Notes: generated by a model not told the origin, from the letters alone. A stretch of 64,000 bases of DNA from Myxococcales bacterium (GCA_016794505.1 JAEUJZ010000076.1:1-64000); one strand, 5' to 3'. Shown: positions 1 through 9,747, counted from the stretch's first letter. Translations and numbers: made by a program.

Positions 1-9
1 TACATCCAG

Positions 10-918
10 GTGATGTGCGATCACTTGCGATCGATTGTTCGCAGTCGCATGCGGACGATTGCCTTGTCGGCGCTGTGGCCGCAGGTCTCGCAGGTCGTGC
101 GCGATACCATCCTGGGGCCGCGCGGGACAGAGCCAGGCAGCGAAGGGCGCAAGGGTCGCTTCTTTGCCGAAAACGGCATGCTGGTGACCGAGGTCGAGAT
201 CTTGGAAGCCGAGATCCAAGACAGCGTCATCGCCGAGCTGATGAAGAACGTGCAGCGCGAGTCGGTGATGCTGGCCATCGGCGATCGTCAGGCACAGGAA
301 AAAGTGACCTCGGCGAAGCTGCGGTCCGAGCTGGAAAAGCAGCAGACGGAGCTGCAGATGACGGGCAAGCAGCGCGAAGCCCAGCTCGGCGAGCTGGTGC
401 GCAAGCTCAAGCACGAAGCCGAGCTGTCGAATCTGCGCGAGCGCGAGCTGGTGCAGGGCGAACAGGCGCGCTTGACCGGCGAGCGCGAGCTTCTTGAGAT
501 CCGCAGCAAGCTCGAACGCGAAGCCCTCGCGCAAAAAGCGCAGCTCGATGCACTGACCCGCGAAGCCAGCACCAAGGCCGGCGCGCAAGCCACGCTGCAC
601 AGCGAAGAGATCGATCACTTGAGCCGCGTGCGTGCGCTTGAGATTCAGTTGCTCGATGCACAGGCCCGCGCCGTCGTGGCCGAGCGGACATCGGTGCAGC
701 CACAGCTGGTCGAAGCGCTCACTGCGCTCGGCGACAAGGCCCTGCTCTCAGAGGTCGCGCACAACATGAACTTGGTCTCGCTGTTCCGCGGCAAAGAAGC
801 AGGCGAGATCCTCAAGGACATCGTGGGCGGCACGCGCTTCGCTCCTGCCCTCGCCGAAGCGCTGAGCAGCAAGTCATCGCCGATCAAGTCCGAGCCCCCT
901 GCGCCGATGAAGAAATAG
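10..918 (+). CDS. Coiled-coil protein, SPFH/flotillin-like (or vault-like) C-terminal region. It is probably 5'-truncated by the window edge.
   Basis: Long E/A/Q/R/L-rich heptad region, then a ...LVSLFRGKEAGEILKDIVGG... tail similar to flotillin/YqiK C-termini. The ORF begins with GTG at position 10 and could continue upstream of the window. Confidence 0.35.
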   Translation: MMCDHLRSIVRSRMRTIALSALWPQVSQVVRDTILGPRGTEPGSEGRKGRFFAENGMLVTEVEILEAEIQDSVIAELMKNVQRESVMLAIGDRQAQEKVTSAKLRSELEKQQTELQMTGKQREAQLGELVRKLKHEAELSNLRERELVQGEQARLTGERELLEIRSKLEREALAQKAQLDALTREASTKAGAQATLHSEEIDHLSRVRALEIQLLDAQARAVVAERTSVQPQLVEALTALGDKALLSEVAHNMNLVSLFRGKEAGEILKDIVGGTRFAPALAEALSSKSSPIKSEPPAPMKK

Positions 919-923
919 CGCGC

Positions 924-1784
924 TTACTTCCCCTGCACAGACGCAGCGCTCTGCTCAACGAAGATCGAGTCACTGGTGACTCGATCAGAAGAGGCCGCAG
1001 CGCGCAGCTGGTCATACACCGAGCGAAAGCGCGGGCAGTCCTTGGCCACTCGGCCTGGATGGATGCGCTTCAGCATCGCGGCGCCGTCGATCCGCTTGCT
1101 GTAGGCGAGGCGTGCTCCATCGCTTCGCTGCGTCACACGATCCAGAAACGGCGGCCGGCACGCGCATCCAGTCGGATCGACAAATGACTGCTGGATGCGA
1201 GCGCTGAGCTTGTGCGCGCAGCTTCCCGCTTTCAGACCACCGCCAAATTGCTCGACCTCTTGCCATGTATGCGGGGGCAGAACACACGCGGCGATGTGCT
1301 GCCGCAGGGATGGCGCGACCTGTCGATATTGCATGGCAAAGCCGTTGTCCCAGTCGGCAAGCAGCCACGCTTCGATCTCTGGCCAGGCCAGCAGAGCATA
1401 GAATTCCAGATCCGGTTTCCCGGCTGCATCGCGCACGCGCTGTGCTAGCTCGTTCGCCCAGGTCACCTGCTCTGCAGACGGATCGTTGGCGTCGGCAAAA
1501 CGGCAATCGGCATCGTCGATGAGCAGCACAAAATCCACGTTGCAGGCTGCGCCGTGAACGTGTTCTCTGAGCTGCGCCAGCATCGCATCGATCAGGCGCC
1601 GACCCGTGGCGCCGGCATGACGCTCGTGTGGTTCTGCATGCGGGCGTCCAATCTTTGGCGCGGGCTTGCTGACCGCGGGAAAACAGCGCTGCCACTCGAC
1701 ATCCGGCGCGATCTTTTGCAGGAAGGCATGCATTCCGCCCGTCTCGGTATAGCCAGCCGTGCAGAAGTAGCCGCCCCTTACCAC
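924..1784 (-). CDS. TOPRIM-like small protein resembling DUF4276 (AbiLii-like). It is the partner of the upstream AAA ATPase.
   Basis: Read 5'->3', the sequence begins GTG GTA AGG GGC GGC TAC TTC, matching the track protein MVRGGYF, and the stop TAA is the reverse complement of TTA at 924-926. The gene is therefore on the minus strand, although the track labels it '+'. The protein has a DxD-type motif (FVLLIDDADC) and a conserved EAW motif (EIEAWLLAD). The start GTG (1784-1782) overlaps the ATPase stop (1780-1778) by 7 nt, suggesting an operon with translational coupling. Confidence 0.55.
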   Translation of the reverse strand: MVRGGYFCTAGYTETGGMHAFLQKIAPDVEWQRCFPAVSKPAPKIGRPHAEPHERHAGATGRRLIDAMLAQLREHVHGAACNVDFVLLIDDADCRFADANDPSAEQVTWANELAQRVRDAAGKPDLEFYALLAWPEIEAWLLADWDNGFAMQYRQVAPSLRQHIAACVLPPHTWQEVEQFGGGLKAGSCAHKLSARIQQSFVDPTGCACRPPFLDRVTQRSDGARLAYSKRIDGAAMLKRIHPGRVAKDCPRFRSVYDQLRAAASSDRVTSDSIFVEQSAASVQGK

Positions 1785-3148
1785 GGCCAGCCTCCAAGCT
1801 GTGGTACGCCGCCGCGGTATACGTCGCCTAGCTCCCAGCCGTCGCGAAAGAAGCTCTCTAGCTCGGCCGGATCGACGCGTCGCATCGCCTTTTCACCCAG
1901 GCCAAAGACAAACAGCGCCACATCCCCGCTCTTGAAGCCATCGGTGAAGGTGTCGAGCAAGTCCGGCGAGTGCGTGCTGACGAAGAGCTGCTCGGCCGAT
2001 GTGAAGCGCTGCAGCCAGCCACCCACCACCTTGAGCCAGGCTGGATGCAGGTTCAGCTCGGGCTCATCGATCGACAGCACCGAGCCCTTCTCGGGCGAGA
2101 ACAATAGCAGCGCCAACCACAGCGCCTTGAGCGTTCCATCGGACATCTCGCGCGGCTTGTACTTCTGGCCGCCGATGTGCAGCTCAAGCTGTTTGTATAC
2201 GTCGCTGGCATCGATGATCTTGATGCGCTTCAGATCGGGGATTAGCTCCCTGAGCCGCTGCGGATATTCCTCGCTGAGGAAGTCATGCTGCTGGTCCAGG
2301 TGGCGCAGGACGTTCACGAACTCTGCGCCTTCCGCATCGAGCGTCCGCACGCCCAAATCGATCTTCGCCCCGTCGACCAGCTTGCGCAGGTTCAGGTCCG
2401 TGCTGCTGTAATTGCGGAAGCCGCGCGCGAAGCCGATCAGCTCTTCCGAGATGCGGTCGAAGTCGGGAAAGATCTTCTCGTAGAAGGCTTTGTCTTTCAG
2501 AAGCGCTTTCGTCTGATGCAGCACCGTGTCATTGGCTTCGACGGCGAGCTCGGCCTTGGTCATGGGAACCGCAGCCTGGCCCGGCGCATTGGACCGCGCC
2601 GTCTTTACGAACGTAGCTCTTCTGCTCCCTGCGCCATCGCTATTGCAGCTCACGCTGAACGTCGGTTGCTCACTGGGTGCCCCTGGAGCCCACCAGTCTC
2701 GGGGAGAAAAGCGAGCGAGCGCTTCGTTGCGAATGTAATACCCGCTTGGGAAGGAGTCTGGCTCACCGACAGTACAACTGAGCGCGTACAGGATATCCGA
2801 GGGAGGATGCGGCTCCGCGAAGAGGTCCCTGGTATCCGGGGAAGGTTGGCTGTCGAAGATCCACTGGAGATAGAAATCCGCATCGGACTTCGGGCGACCT
2901 TTGACTTTCTTCGCCCGCTCGGTGCGGTTCAGCACATCCGCTCGCCCGTGCGCCTCGATGGCATTCAGAAAATGCGTCGGCCCACCTTCGGTCAGAAGCA
3001 TGTCGGGCAAAAAGCCCATGGCTTTGATGAAGTTGCTCTTGCCCGAGTTGTTGGGACCGACGAGCAGATTGATCCGGCCAAGCTTTGGAAGCGTATTCCT
3101 CTCCACGTGAAGGTTCCGGTAGTGGACCGGCAAGAACGAGCGAAGCAT
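1778..3148 (-). CDS. AAA_21/ABC-type ATPase of the OLD/PARIS AriA/AbiLi class (predicted abortive-infection ATPase).
   Basis: Direct translation from the ATG at 3148 gives MLRSFLPVHYRNLHVERNTLPKLGRINLLVGPNNSGKSNFIKAMGF, a Walker A motif. Further on are VLSIDEPELNLHPAWLKVV (Walker B/D-loop) and FVSTHSPDLL (H-loop). The track ORF extends to 3271, but the upstream 41 codons are Arg/Gly-rich and likely non-coding. Confidence 0.8.
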   Translation of the reverse strand: MLRSFLPVHYRNLHVERNTLPKLGRINLLVGPNNSGKSNFIKAMGFLPDMLLTEGGPTHFLNAIEAHGRADVLNRTERAKKVKGRPKSDADFYLQWIFDSQPSPDTRDLFAEPHPPSDILYALSCTVGEPDSFPSGYYIRNEALARFSPRDWWAPGAPSEQPTFSVSCNSDGAGSRRATFVKTARSNAPGQAAVPMTKAELAVEANDTVLHQTKALLKDKAFYEKIFPDFDRISEELIGFARGFRNYSSTDLNLRKLVDGAKIDLGVRTLDAEGAEFVNVLRHLDQQHDFLSEEYPQRLRELIPDLKRIKIIDASDVYKQLELHIGGQKYKPREMSDGTLKALWLALLLFSPEKGSVLSIDEPELNLHPAWLKVVGGWLQRFTSAEQLFVSTHSPDLLDTFTDGFKSGDVALFVFGLGEKAMRRVDPAELESFFRDGWELGDVYRGGVPQLGGWPW

Positions 3149-3370
3149 GCCGTACCCTATCACGCGTCCCGACTGGATCAGCCCCCGCAAGCGCGGGGCT
3201 GCACCGCCGTTCATACCGCCGCGGCGCGGTCTTGCCCTGACCCCCAGGTTGCCCGGTCGAGCGGCTTCCATCGTCCGAGGAATTGCGGCATGGTGCCCTC
3301 GCTTGCTTGCCGTGGCTGGATCGCCTGCGTGTACGGGGTGAACGCCACACGCTCAACGCCTGGAGAAGCC
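3149..3370. promoter_or_regulatory. Divergent intergenic region between the ATPase operon (minus) and the GH31 gene (plus).
   Basis: About 220 bp without a credible ORF, flanked by divergently oriented start codons. Confidence 0.3.
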
Positions 3371-5923
3371 ATGTCTGCTGTCTGTGTCTCGGTTCGCACG
3401 CGCGTCGGCACCACCTTTCACCGACGCCTGGGGTTCTGGCTGGTGGCATCGCTTGGCTGGCTGCACTGCCAGCCGCAGCCGGGCCCCAAGGTCACGCTGG
3501 CTCAGGGCGACACGTCGCTGATCTTTGATCCAGCGGATCTCAGCCTGCGTCTGGTTCGCGGTGAAAAGCCGCTGCTGGTCTTTCCGCGCGACGCTCTTGC
3601 GCTTGGCGTGGTGGATCAAGTCAAGGGCTCGCTGAACTACGACCCGTGGCCGCTTGTCGGCGAAGAAGGCGCCTTCCCGGCGTCCACCCCCGATGGCCTG
3701 TCGTGGGAATCGCCGACCGCTGCGACGGTGGACGAGGCCACAGAAAAGAGCCTGCGCCTGCACCTCACATTCCCCCGCGGAACGGCGCAGCTTGCCATCG
3801 ATCAGACCGACAGCGGGCGCTATCGGCTGCAGCTTGTGCCAAAAGCCGAGGCCGCCCGCGTGGCCTACGTTCGCTTGATGCCGCAGATCGATGCGCAGGA
3901 AGGACTGTACGGCCTGGGCGCCGTCGAAGATCAGGTCAACCACCGCGGCAAGCGACGCGCCATGCAGATCGAGCTAATGGCCGAGGTCGAGAGCGGATAC
4001 AACGACATGCACGTGCCGATTCCGTTCGCCATCGGCACCACCGGCTGGGGACTTTTTGTCGAGAGTCGCCATCCCGCCGCCTGGGACATGGCCGCGACGC
4101 AGCCCGACCGCATCGCGGCACTGGTGGGCACCGGCCCCGACTCGCCAAAGGGGCTCTTGTTTCACCTGTTTTCAGCGGCGCACCCGCTGGATGTGACGAA
4201 GAAGTACTACGACGTCACCGGCACACCCGGACTGCCCGCCCGCTTTGCCTTGGGGCCGTGGCTGTGGCGCGACGATCACGTGACGCAGGCGCAGATCCTC
4301 GCGGACTGTAACTCCATGCGCGATCTCGATCTGGCGGACAACGGCATCTGGGCCGATCGGCCGTACTCGACGGGAATCAGCACCTTTGATTACGACAAAA
4401 AGACGTTCCCCGATCCCGATGCGATGCTGCGCACTGTGCGCGATCTGGGCTTTGCCTTTGCGCTGTGGCACTCGCCGTACATGGACGACAGCGACCCAGC
4501 GACGGCGATGCTGGCGCAAGAAGCCACGCAGGGCGGCTTTTATCCACCACAGGCGGGGATCCTGTTTACCAAGTGGGGACAGCCGATCGACTTCAGCAAT
4601 CCGGCGGCGGCGGCCTGGTGGCAGCGCAACCTGCGGCGCTATTCCGACGCAGGCGTCGTCGGCTACAAGCTCGACTATGGCGAAGACGTGCAGATCGGCC
4701 TGCCCGGTGGACGCAACGTCTGGAAGTTCTTCGACGGCAGCGACGAGCGCACCGGGCAAGCGACGTACAAGCTGGGCTATCACCGCGCGTTCGCCGAGAC
4801 GCTACCCAAAGACGGCGGCTTCCTTCTGTGTCGCGTCGGCACCTATGGCGGCCAACGATACGGCTGCGTGATCTGGCCCGGCGACATGGACGCCAACATG
4901 GCGCGCTATGGCGAGCGGCGAAAAGATCGCGGCGGCAAGGAATACGTCGCCATCGGCGGCCTGCCAGCGACGGTAATCTATGGATTATCACTGGGTCCTT
5001 CGGGGTATCCGTTTTACGGCGCCGATACCGGCGGCTATCGCCACTCGCCCCCCGATAAAGAGACGTTTGTGCGCTGGTTCGAACAGACGTCGCTGTCGTC
5101 GGTGATGCAGGTCGGCACCAGCAGCGACAACGTCCCGTGGGAGACGCCGCCCGATACCGATTTCGATGCGGAAGTGTTGGCGCTGTACCGGATCTATGCG
5201 CGCTTGCACCTGCGCCTGTGGCCGTACGAGTGGACCTTGGCGACGCGCATCGCGACGGATGGCCGCCCGATCCAGCGCCCGCTGGGCTTGGCCTATCCCG
5301 AGCTTGGCCAGCACCCCGACGATGTGTACCTGTTTGGCGACGATCTTTTGGTGGCGCCTGTCGTCGATCACGGCGCCCGAAAGAAGCGCGTCATTTTTCC
5401 GCCGGGTCGCTGGATCGACTGGTGGCAAGGCACGAGCCTGAACGGACCGCAGACCGTGACCGTCGCCGCGCCGCTGGGTGTGCTGCCGCTATACATCCGC
5501 GAAGGCGCCATCGTGCCGCTTCTGCGCCCGACCATCGATACGCTGCTGCCAACGACGCAGCCCGCTCGCGTTGACTCGTACGCGACGACGCCCGGCCTGC
5601 TGTATCCGCGCGTGGTGCCAGGGCCGGCCTCGCAGTTCGTGCTGTTCGACGAAAGCGTGCTCGCGCAAGAAGACAGCGAACGACAGCTTGTTCTGCGCAG
5701 CACATCGGGGCGCGAGTTTACGTCCGGCGCGCTGTTTGAAGTGCTGGCCTGGGGAGCGCGTTCGCCAAGCGCCGTGCAGCGGGCCGGTGCTCTCATGGCC
5801 GAGCAGCCGTCGCTGAGCGAGCTCGAAAAGGCCGAGTCAGGCTGGCTGTATGACGCAGCGCGCGGTGGCACGCTGTACATCAAAGTACCCCGTGGCGATC
5901 AGCGCGTCGTGGTGCAGAAATGA
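3371..5923 (+). CDS. Glycoside hydrolase family 31 (alpha-glucosidase/alpha-xylosidase-like), secreted.
   Basis: ATG at 3371 followed by a signal-like N-terminus. The protein has the GH31 motifs WGLFVES, GIWADRPYSTGISTFDYD, GVVGYKLDYGED and VIWPGDMDAN. The track ORF 2285-5923 extends upstream antisense to the ATPase, and that part was rejected. Confidence 0.85.
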   Translation: MSAVCVSVRTRVGTTFHRRLGFWLVASLGWLHCQPQPGPKVTLAQGDTSLIFDPADLSLRLVRGEKPLLVFPRDALALGVVDQVKGSLNYDPWPLVGEEGAFPASTPDGLSWESPTAATVDEATEKSLRLHLTFPRGTAQLAIDQTDSGRYRLQLVPKAEAARVAYVRLMPQIDAQEGLYGLGAVEDQVNHRGKRRAMQIELMAEVESGYNDMHVPIPFAIGTTGWGLFVESRHPAAWDMAATQPDRIAALVGTGPDSPKGLLFHLFSAAHPLDVTKKYYDVTGTPGLPARFALGPWLWRDDHVTQAQILADCNSMRDLDLADNGIWADRPYSTGISTFDYDKKTFPDPDAMLRTVRDLGFAFALWHSPYMDDSDPATAMLAQEATQGGFYPPQAGILFTKWGQPIDFSNPAAAAWWQRNLRRYSDAGVVGYKLDYGEDVQIGLPGGRNVWKFFDGSDERTGQATYKLGYHRAFAETLPKDGGFLLCRVGTYGGQRYGCVIWPGDMDANMARYGERRKDRGGKEYVAIGGLPATVIYGLSLGPSGYPFYGADTGGYRHSPPDKETFVRWFEQTSLSSVMQVGTSSDNVPWETPPDTDFDAEVLALYRIYARLHLRLWPYEWTLATRIATDGRPIQRPLGLAYPELGQHPDDVYLFGDDLLVAPVVDHGARKKRVIFPPGRWIDWWQGTSLNGPQTVTVAAPLGVLPLYIREGAIVPLLRPTIDTLLPTTQPARVDSYATTPGLLYPRVVPGPASQFVLFDESVLAQEDSERQLVLRSTSGREFTSGALFEVLAWGARSPSAVQRAGALMAEQPSLSELEKAESGWLYDAARGGTLYIKVPRGDQRVVVQK

Positions 5924-7206
5924 GCGCCGACCTTCCCCATCTTGCGCTGCGTATCGACGGCGCGCGGCTCTTGGATCGCCTGCAGGCTCTGGCCCAGATC
6001 GGCGCCTACCAAGGCCCAAACGGCGAGCCAGGCTGCAGCCGCTTGGCGCTGACCGATGCCGATCGAGCAGGTCGCGATCTCGTCGTGTCGTTCATGCGCG
6101 AGCAGGGCTTGCAGATCCGCATCGACGCCATCGGCAACGTGCTGGCGATTCGCCCCGACCACCGTGGTCGCGTCGAGCAGCCGGTGCTGGCCGGCAGCCA
6201 CATCGACACCGTGCGCACGGGTGGTCGCTACGACGGAAACCTGGGTGTGCTGGCCGGCCTGTCCGCGATCGAAGCCGTTGCGCGAGCCGGGATCGCCACG
6301 CGTCGGCCGCTGGCCGTGGCGTTTTTTACCAACGAAGAAGGGGCGCGCTTTAGCCCCGACATGCTGGGCAGCTTGGTCTATGCCGGCGGCCTGCCGCTCG
6401 ACGAGGCCTATGGCATCCGCGGCATCGATGGCGCGACGGTTGGTGACGAGCTTCGACGCATTGGCTACGCGGGCTCGGCGGCGTGTCCAGGGCCCGTGCC
6501 GGCTGCGTATGTGGAGCTGCACATCGAGCAAGGCCCCGTGCTGGAAGCAGCGGGCTTGCGCATCGGTGCCGTCACGGGTGTGCAGGGCATAAGCTGGCAA
6601 GAGATCACCATCACCGGCCAGTCCAACCACGCCGGCACAACGCCGATGGCGCTGCGTCACGATGCCGGCTATGCCGCGGCGCGGGTGGCAACGTTTGTGC
6701 GCGAGCTGGCCTGCGAGCTAGGCCCACCGCAGGTCGGCACGGTGGGACAGATCACGCTGTTTCCAGGTCTGGTGAACGTCATACCGGCCACGGCCAAGCT
6801 GACCGTGGATCTGCGCCACACCGACGAACAATCCCTGCAGCAGGCCGAAGCTCGCCTGCGCGAATTCGCGGCGCGCTTGGCACAGCAGGAAGGCGTGCAG
6901 ATCACGTCGCGCTCGCTCGCTCGCTTTGCGCCTGTGGCGTTTGATCCACAGATGATCGCGCTGATCGAGTCGACGGCGCAGCGCCTGGGGGCCAGCACGC
7001 AGCGCATGCCGAGCGGGGCTGGACATGACGCGCAGATGATGGCGCGGCTGTGTCCAGCGGGGATGATCTTCACGCCCAGCCAGCGCGGCATCAGCCACAA
7101 CCCCGCCGAATGCACCGCACCCGACGATCTGATCCTGGGCGCCAACATCCTTCTGCAGGTGATGTTGACGCTGGCGCAGAGCGAAGCGCTGCTGCCATCG
7201 CCGTGA
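5920..7206 (+). CDS. M20 family Zn-dependent amidohydrolase (N-carbamoyl-L-amino-acid hydrolase / allantoate amidohydrolase-like).
   Basis: Full-length similarity to the AmaB/AllC/HyuC class (…LAGSHIDTV…GNLGVLAGL…). The ATGA start/stop overlap with GH31 (ATG at 5920, TGA at 5921-5923) was verified in the sequence. Confidence 0.8.
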   Translation: MSADLPHLALRIDGARLLDRLQALAQIGAYQGPNGEPGCSRLALTDADRAGRDLVVSFMREQGLQIRIDAIGNVLAIRPDHRGRVEQPVLAGSHIDTVRTGGRYDGNLGVLAGLSAIEAVARAGIATRRPLAVAFFTNEEGARFSPDMLGSLVYAGGLPLDEAYGIRGIDGATVGDELRRIGYAGSAACPGPVPAAYVELHIEQGPVLEAAGLRIGAVTGVQGISWQEITITGQSNHAGTTPMALRHDAGYAAARVATFVRELACELGPPQVGTVGQITLFPGLVNVIPATAKLTVDLRHTDEQSLQQAEARLREFAARLAQQEGVQITSRSLARFAPVAFDPQMIALIESTAQRLGASTQRMPSGAGHDAQMMARLCPAGMIFTPSQRGISHNPAECTAPDDLILGANILLQVMLTLAQSEALLPSP

Positions 7207-7207
7207 T

Positions 7208-8239
7208 CTATGCGTCGCTGCCTGGATGCGACGATCCGGCATAGGTCTCGGGACGCTGATCGCGCCGCAGATCCCAGCCAGCGGGGTCCGGGGCGTGCAG
7301 GGCGCGCAGGTCCAGGTCGCTTACGATCAGCTCAGGATGGTGGCTCAGGTTGGCCAGATCCCCGTCGGGGCCACAGAAATAGCTGTCGCCGAAGTACTCG
7401 ATGTTCCATGGTGGCTCGCAGCCTTTGCGGTTGCTGCCGCCGATGTACACGCGGTGGCGCATGGCATCGGTGGGGAACTCGTGTCGCCACATGCGCCGCG
7501 ATTTTTCACCGAAGGTGATTGCCGGGCACAAGACGATCTCGGCCCCCGCGGCGGCCAGGCTGGCGACGCTGCCAGAAAAGTGACGGTCGTAACAGATGGC
7601 GACACCGATGTGGCCCACCGACGTGGCAAAGACTGGAAAGAACGGCGATGCGCTCTGCACGGCTGCGCTGCGCGGCAGGTTCCCGTCGCTGGCGTCGTAA
7701 TAAAAGGTCTCGAAGAACGCGCCTTGTTCGTTGTGGCCGCGCGGAATGTGGACCTTGCGAAAGCTGCCCAAGAGTGCGCCATCGGCATCGATCACGACGG
7801 CGGTGTTGAAGCGGCGACCGCTGCGGCAGCGCTCAAAAATGGGGGCGACGACGACGATGCGGCAGGCTGCGGCCACCTGTCGAAACGCCTGCACCGATGG
7901 ACCTTCGACGGCGTCTTCGGCCAGATCGCGCCACAGCGGCTCTTCCGACAGGGCGAAGTATGGCGCCGTACACAGCTCGCCCAAGCAGACGAGCGTCGCG
8001 CCGGCTTCTTTTGCGGCGCGGATCAGCTGCACGTTGTGCGCGACGTTGGCTTGGCGAATCGCATCCAGCGCTGTAGCCAAGCCCTGCACATCGGAAGGCT
8101 GACTGGGCATGGCCAGATACGCATTCTTGGTCTGCGTCAGCGCCGCGCGGACCATGCACAAAGGCGGCCTGCGATCCGCGCCAGCGGCCTGCGCTGATGG
8201 GCCCTCATATACCTCACGATCTGCGCGAATCTTGCTCAT
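7208..8239 (-). CDS. Carbon-nitrogen hydrolase (nitrilase superfamily; beta-ureidopropionase / N-carbamoyl-amidase-like).
   Basis: E-K-C triad context: MVRAALTQ…, FRKVHIP (Lys), GVAICYD (catalytic Cys). The start ATG overlaps the upstream gene's stop (ATGA at 8236-8239). Confidence 0.8.
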   Translation of the reverse strand: MSKIRADREVYEGPSAQAAGADRRPPLCMVRAALTQTKNAYLAMPSQPSDVQGLATALDAIRQANVAHNVQLIRAAKEAGATLVCLGELCTAPYFALSEEPLWRDLAEDAVEGPSVQAFRQVAAACRIVVVAPIFERCRSGRRFNTAVVIDADGALLGSFRKVHIPRGHNEQGAFFETFYYDASDGNLPRSAAVQSASPFFPVFATSVGHIGVAICYDRHFSGSVASLAAAGAEIVLCPAITFGEKSRRMWRHEFPTDAMRHRVYIGGSNRKGCEPPWNIEYFGDSYFCGPDGDLANLSHHPELIVSDLDLRALHAPDPAGWDLRRDQRPETYAGSSHPGSDA

Positions 8240-9747
8240 CGTTCGGCTCCGGTCAATAACACGGCTACGTCTTCTCCGTCGGAAATTTCAGATGAAAACG
8301 CGTCTTCTTGCATTCGGGTCAATAAGCCAGCCAGGCCCGCAGAGCCGGTTGCACACACGCGAAGGAAGCCGGCCTGCTTTGCCGCAGTGTGCGCCTGGGC
8401 CAGCGCTGCTTCCGATGCCAACACCGGATAGCCGCCAGAAGACAGCATGCCTTGCAGCGCACAGGCCCAGTCGTACGTCTCGTCATCCAAGATGCCGCGC
8501 GCCAGGCTGTGCGGTTCACCGACCATCGTCCACGGCCACATGAATGCGTGCCGATGCTGCCGCGCGAAGTGCAGCGCCTGCCGCACGGCGGACTGCTGCG
8601 CGGGCTGCGTCAGGATCTCGGCCCAGCGCGGAAAGAGCGACGGCGCGATCGCTGGATACTCGGTGGCCGGCAGCGCCTTGCTGATCTCGGCCAGGATCCG
8701 CTGATACGCGCGAACAAGCGGCGCCACAGCCGATGTCTGCACGGCATACACACGCGGCAGCGTCGACAACAGGCCACTCTGTACCGCTTCGGCAAGCGCT
8801 GCCACCACCGCGCTGAGCAGCGCTCCGCCGCCCACCTGCACGAACAGGTGTCGCAGCCGCTGACGACGCGGCCCCAGCGCATCGAGCAGCTCATACACAA
8901 TCGTGTGAGCCCCTTGAATCGTCAGTCCGTTTTCAGGTCCCTGGCAGCAAAACGGCAGCGCGCCGGCTGCCACCGCCGCCTGAAACGCGCGGTATGTCGG
9001 ATCCCCCGCAGCCGAGTGCCGCGCTGGATCACGATGCGGGGCCGCGCGCGTGCAGATCGTGACGTCGGCCCCCAGCGCTCGCAGGTGCGCCTGCGTCGAG
9101 GCCTCGGCGGTGGGCGGAATAAAGACCAGCAAGCGCCGCCCGCAGGCTCGCGCCAGGACCGCTGCGGCCCGTGCTGCGTTGCCACAGCTTGCGATGGCCA
9201 GGGGTCGGCCCCGATCTGCGCGCTCGGCCAGCACCGCGCTCAGCGTCTGGCCGGACGCCAGCGCTTCATCGACGAGGATCTCAAGCAGCAGGCCGAACAG
9301 GTGGCGGCCTTTGTGCGATCCGCTGACGTTTTCGCTTTCGTCTTTGCACCACAGCGTGCTGCCAGATGGGAGTCCAAGTTGCTTAGCCAGCGACGGAGAC
9401 GCCCGAAGCGGTGTCGAGCGAAAACCCGTGCCTGCGATGGCTGCGACCTGCGCATCGAGCGTCCGCACCAGCGCGATGAAGTCGGCATCGTCCACGCCCA
9501 TGGCGCGGGCGCGGTGATACGCAAACAAGCGCTGGCGAAAGCGCACAAACGGCAGCGGCTCGTCTGCGTCGCTGGCAGCGTGGGAATCGCCTGGCAGCGC
9601 AAGCGGCGTGTCAATGCGACGCTGCAGCAGGTGATCCGTGTCGTCGTGATCGTGCGACACACGGACGCGCGGACAGCGCCAAGGCTCAGCGGCCTGCCAC
9701 GGGTGGAGCGCGCCACAGCCGGCGCAGATCAAAGACGCGCCGATCAC
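8236..9747 (-). CDS. PLP-dependent fold-type II enzyme, threonine-synthase-like, with an N-terminal Cys-rich (zinc-ribbon-like) segment.
   Basis: PALP motif LWCKDESENVSGSHKGRH (cf. KxExxNPTGSFKDR). The likely start is the GTG at 9747, forming GTGA with the stop of the upstream gene at 9744-9746. The track gives a TTG start at 9828. Confidence 0.7.
   Translation of the reverse strand: MIGASLICAGCGALHPWQAAEPWRCPRVRVSHDHDDTDHLLQRRIDTPLALPGDSHAASDADEPLPFVRFRQRLFAYHRARAMGVDDADFIALVRTLDAQVAAIAGTGFRSTPLRASPSLAKQLGLPSGSTLWCKDESENVSGSHKGRHLFGLLLEILVDEALASGQTLSAVLAERADRGRPLAIASCGNAARAAAVLARACGRRLLVFIPPTAEASTQAHLRALGADVTICTRAAPHRDPARHSAAGDPTYRAFQAAVAAGALPFCCQGPENGLTIQGAHTIVYELLDALGPRRQRLRHLFVQVGGGALLSAVVAALAEAVQSGLLSTLPRVYAVQTSAVAPLVRAYQRILAEISKALPATEYPAIAPSLFPRWAEILTQPAQQSAVRQALHFARQHRHAFMWPWTMVGEPHSLARGILDDETYDWACALQGMLSSGGYPVLASEAALAQAHTAAKQAGFLRVCATGSAGLAGLLTRMQEDAFSSEISDGEDVAVLLTGAER

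Noticed and set aside
10-918. Assigning the first gene to the defence module (for example a vault or SPFH partner of the ATPase).
   Set aside because: It is convergent with and separated from the ATPase operon, and SPFH/flotillin proteins are common housekeeping membrane-microdomain proteins. There is no sequence evidence of a functional link.
1012-1797. A 261-aa minus-strand ORF overlapping the DUF4276-like gene in another frame.
   Set aside because: Its composition (R/A/C/G-rich) is typical of an off-frame artefact in high-GC DNA. The alternative frame has recognisable TOPRIM-like motifs and a coupled start.
2285-3370. The 5' 1.1 kb of the 1212-aa track ORF (2285-5923 +).
   Set aside because: It is antisense to the well-supported AAA ATPase gene. 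Its translation is Arg/Ala/Gly-rich with no motifs. The real GH31 gene begins at the ATG at 3371 with a signal peptide.
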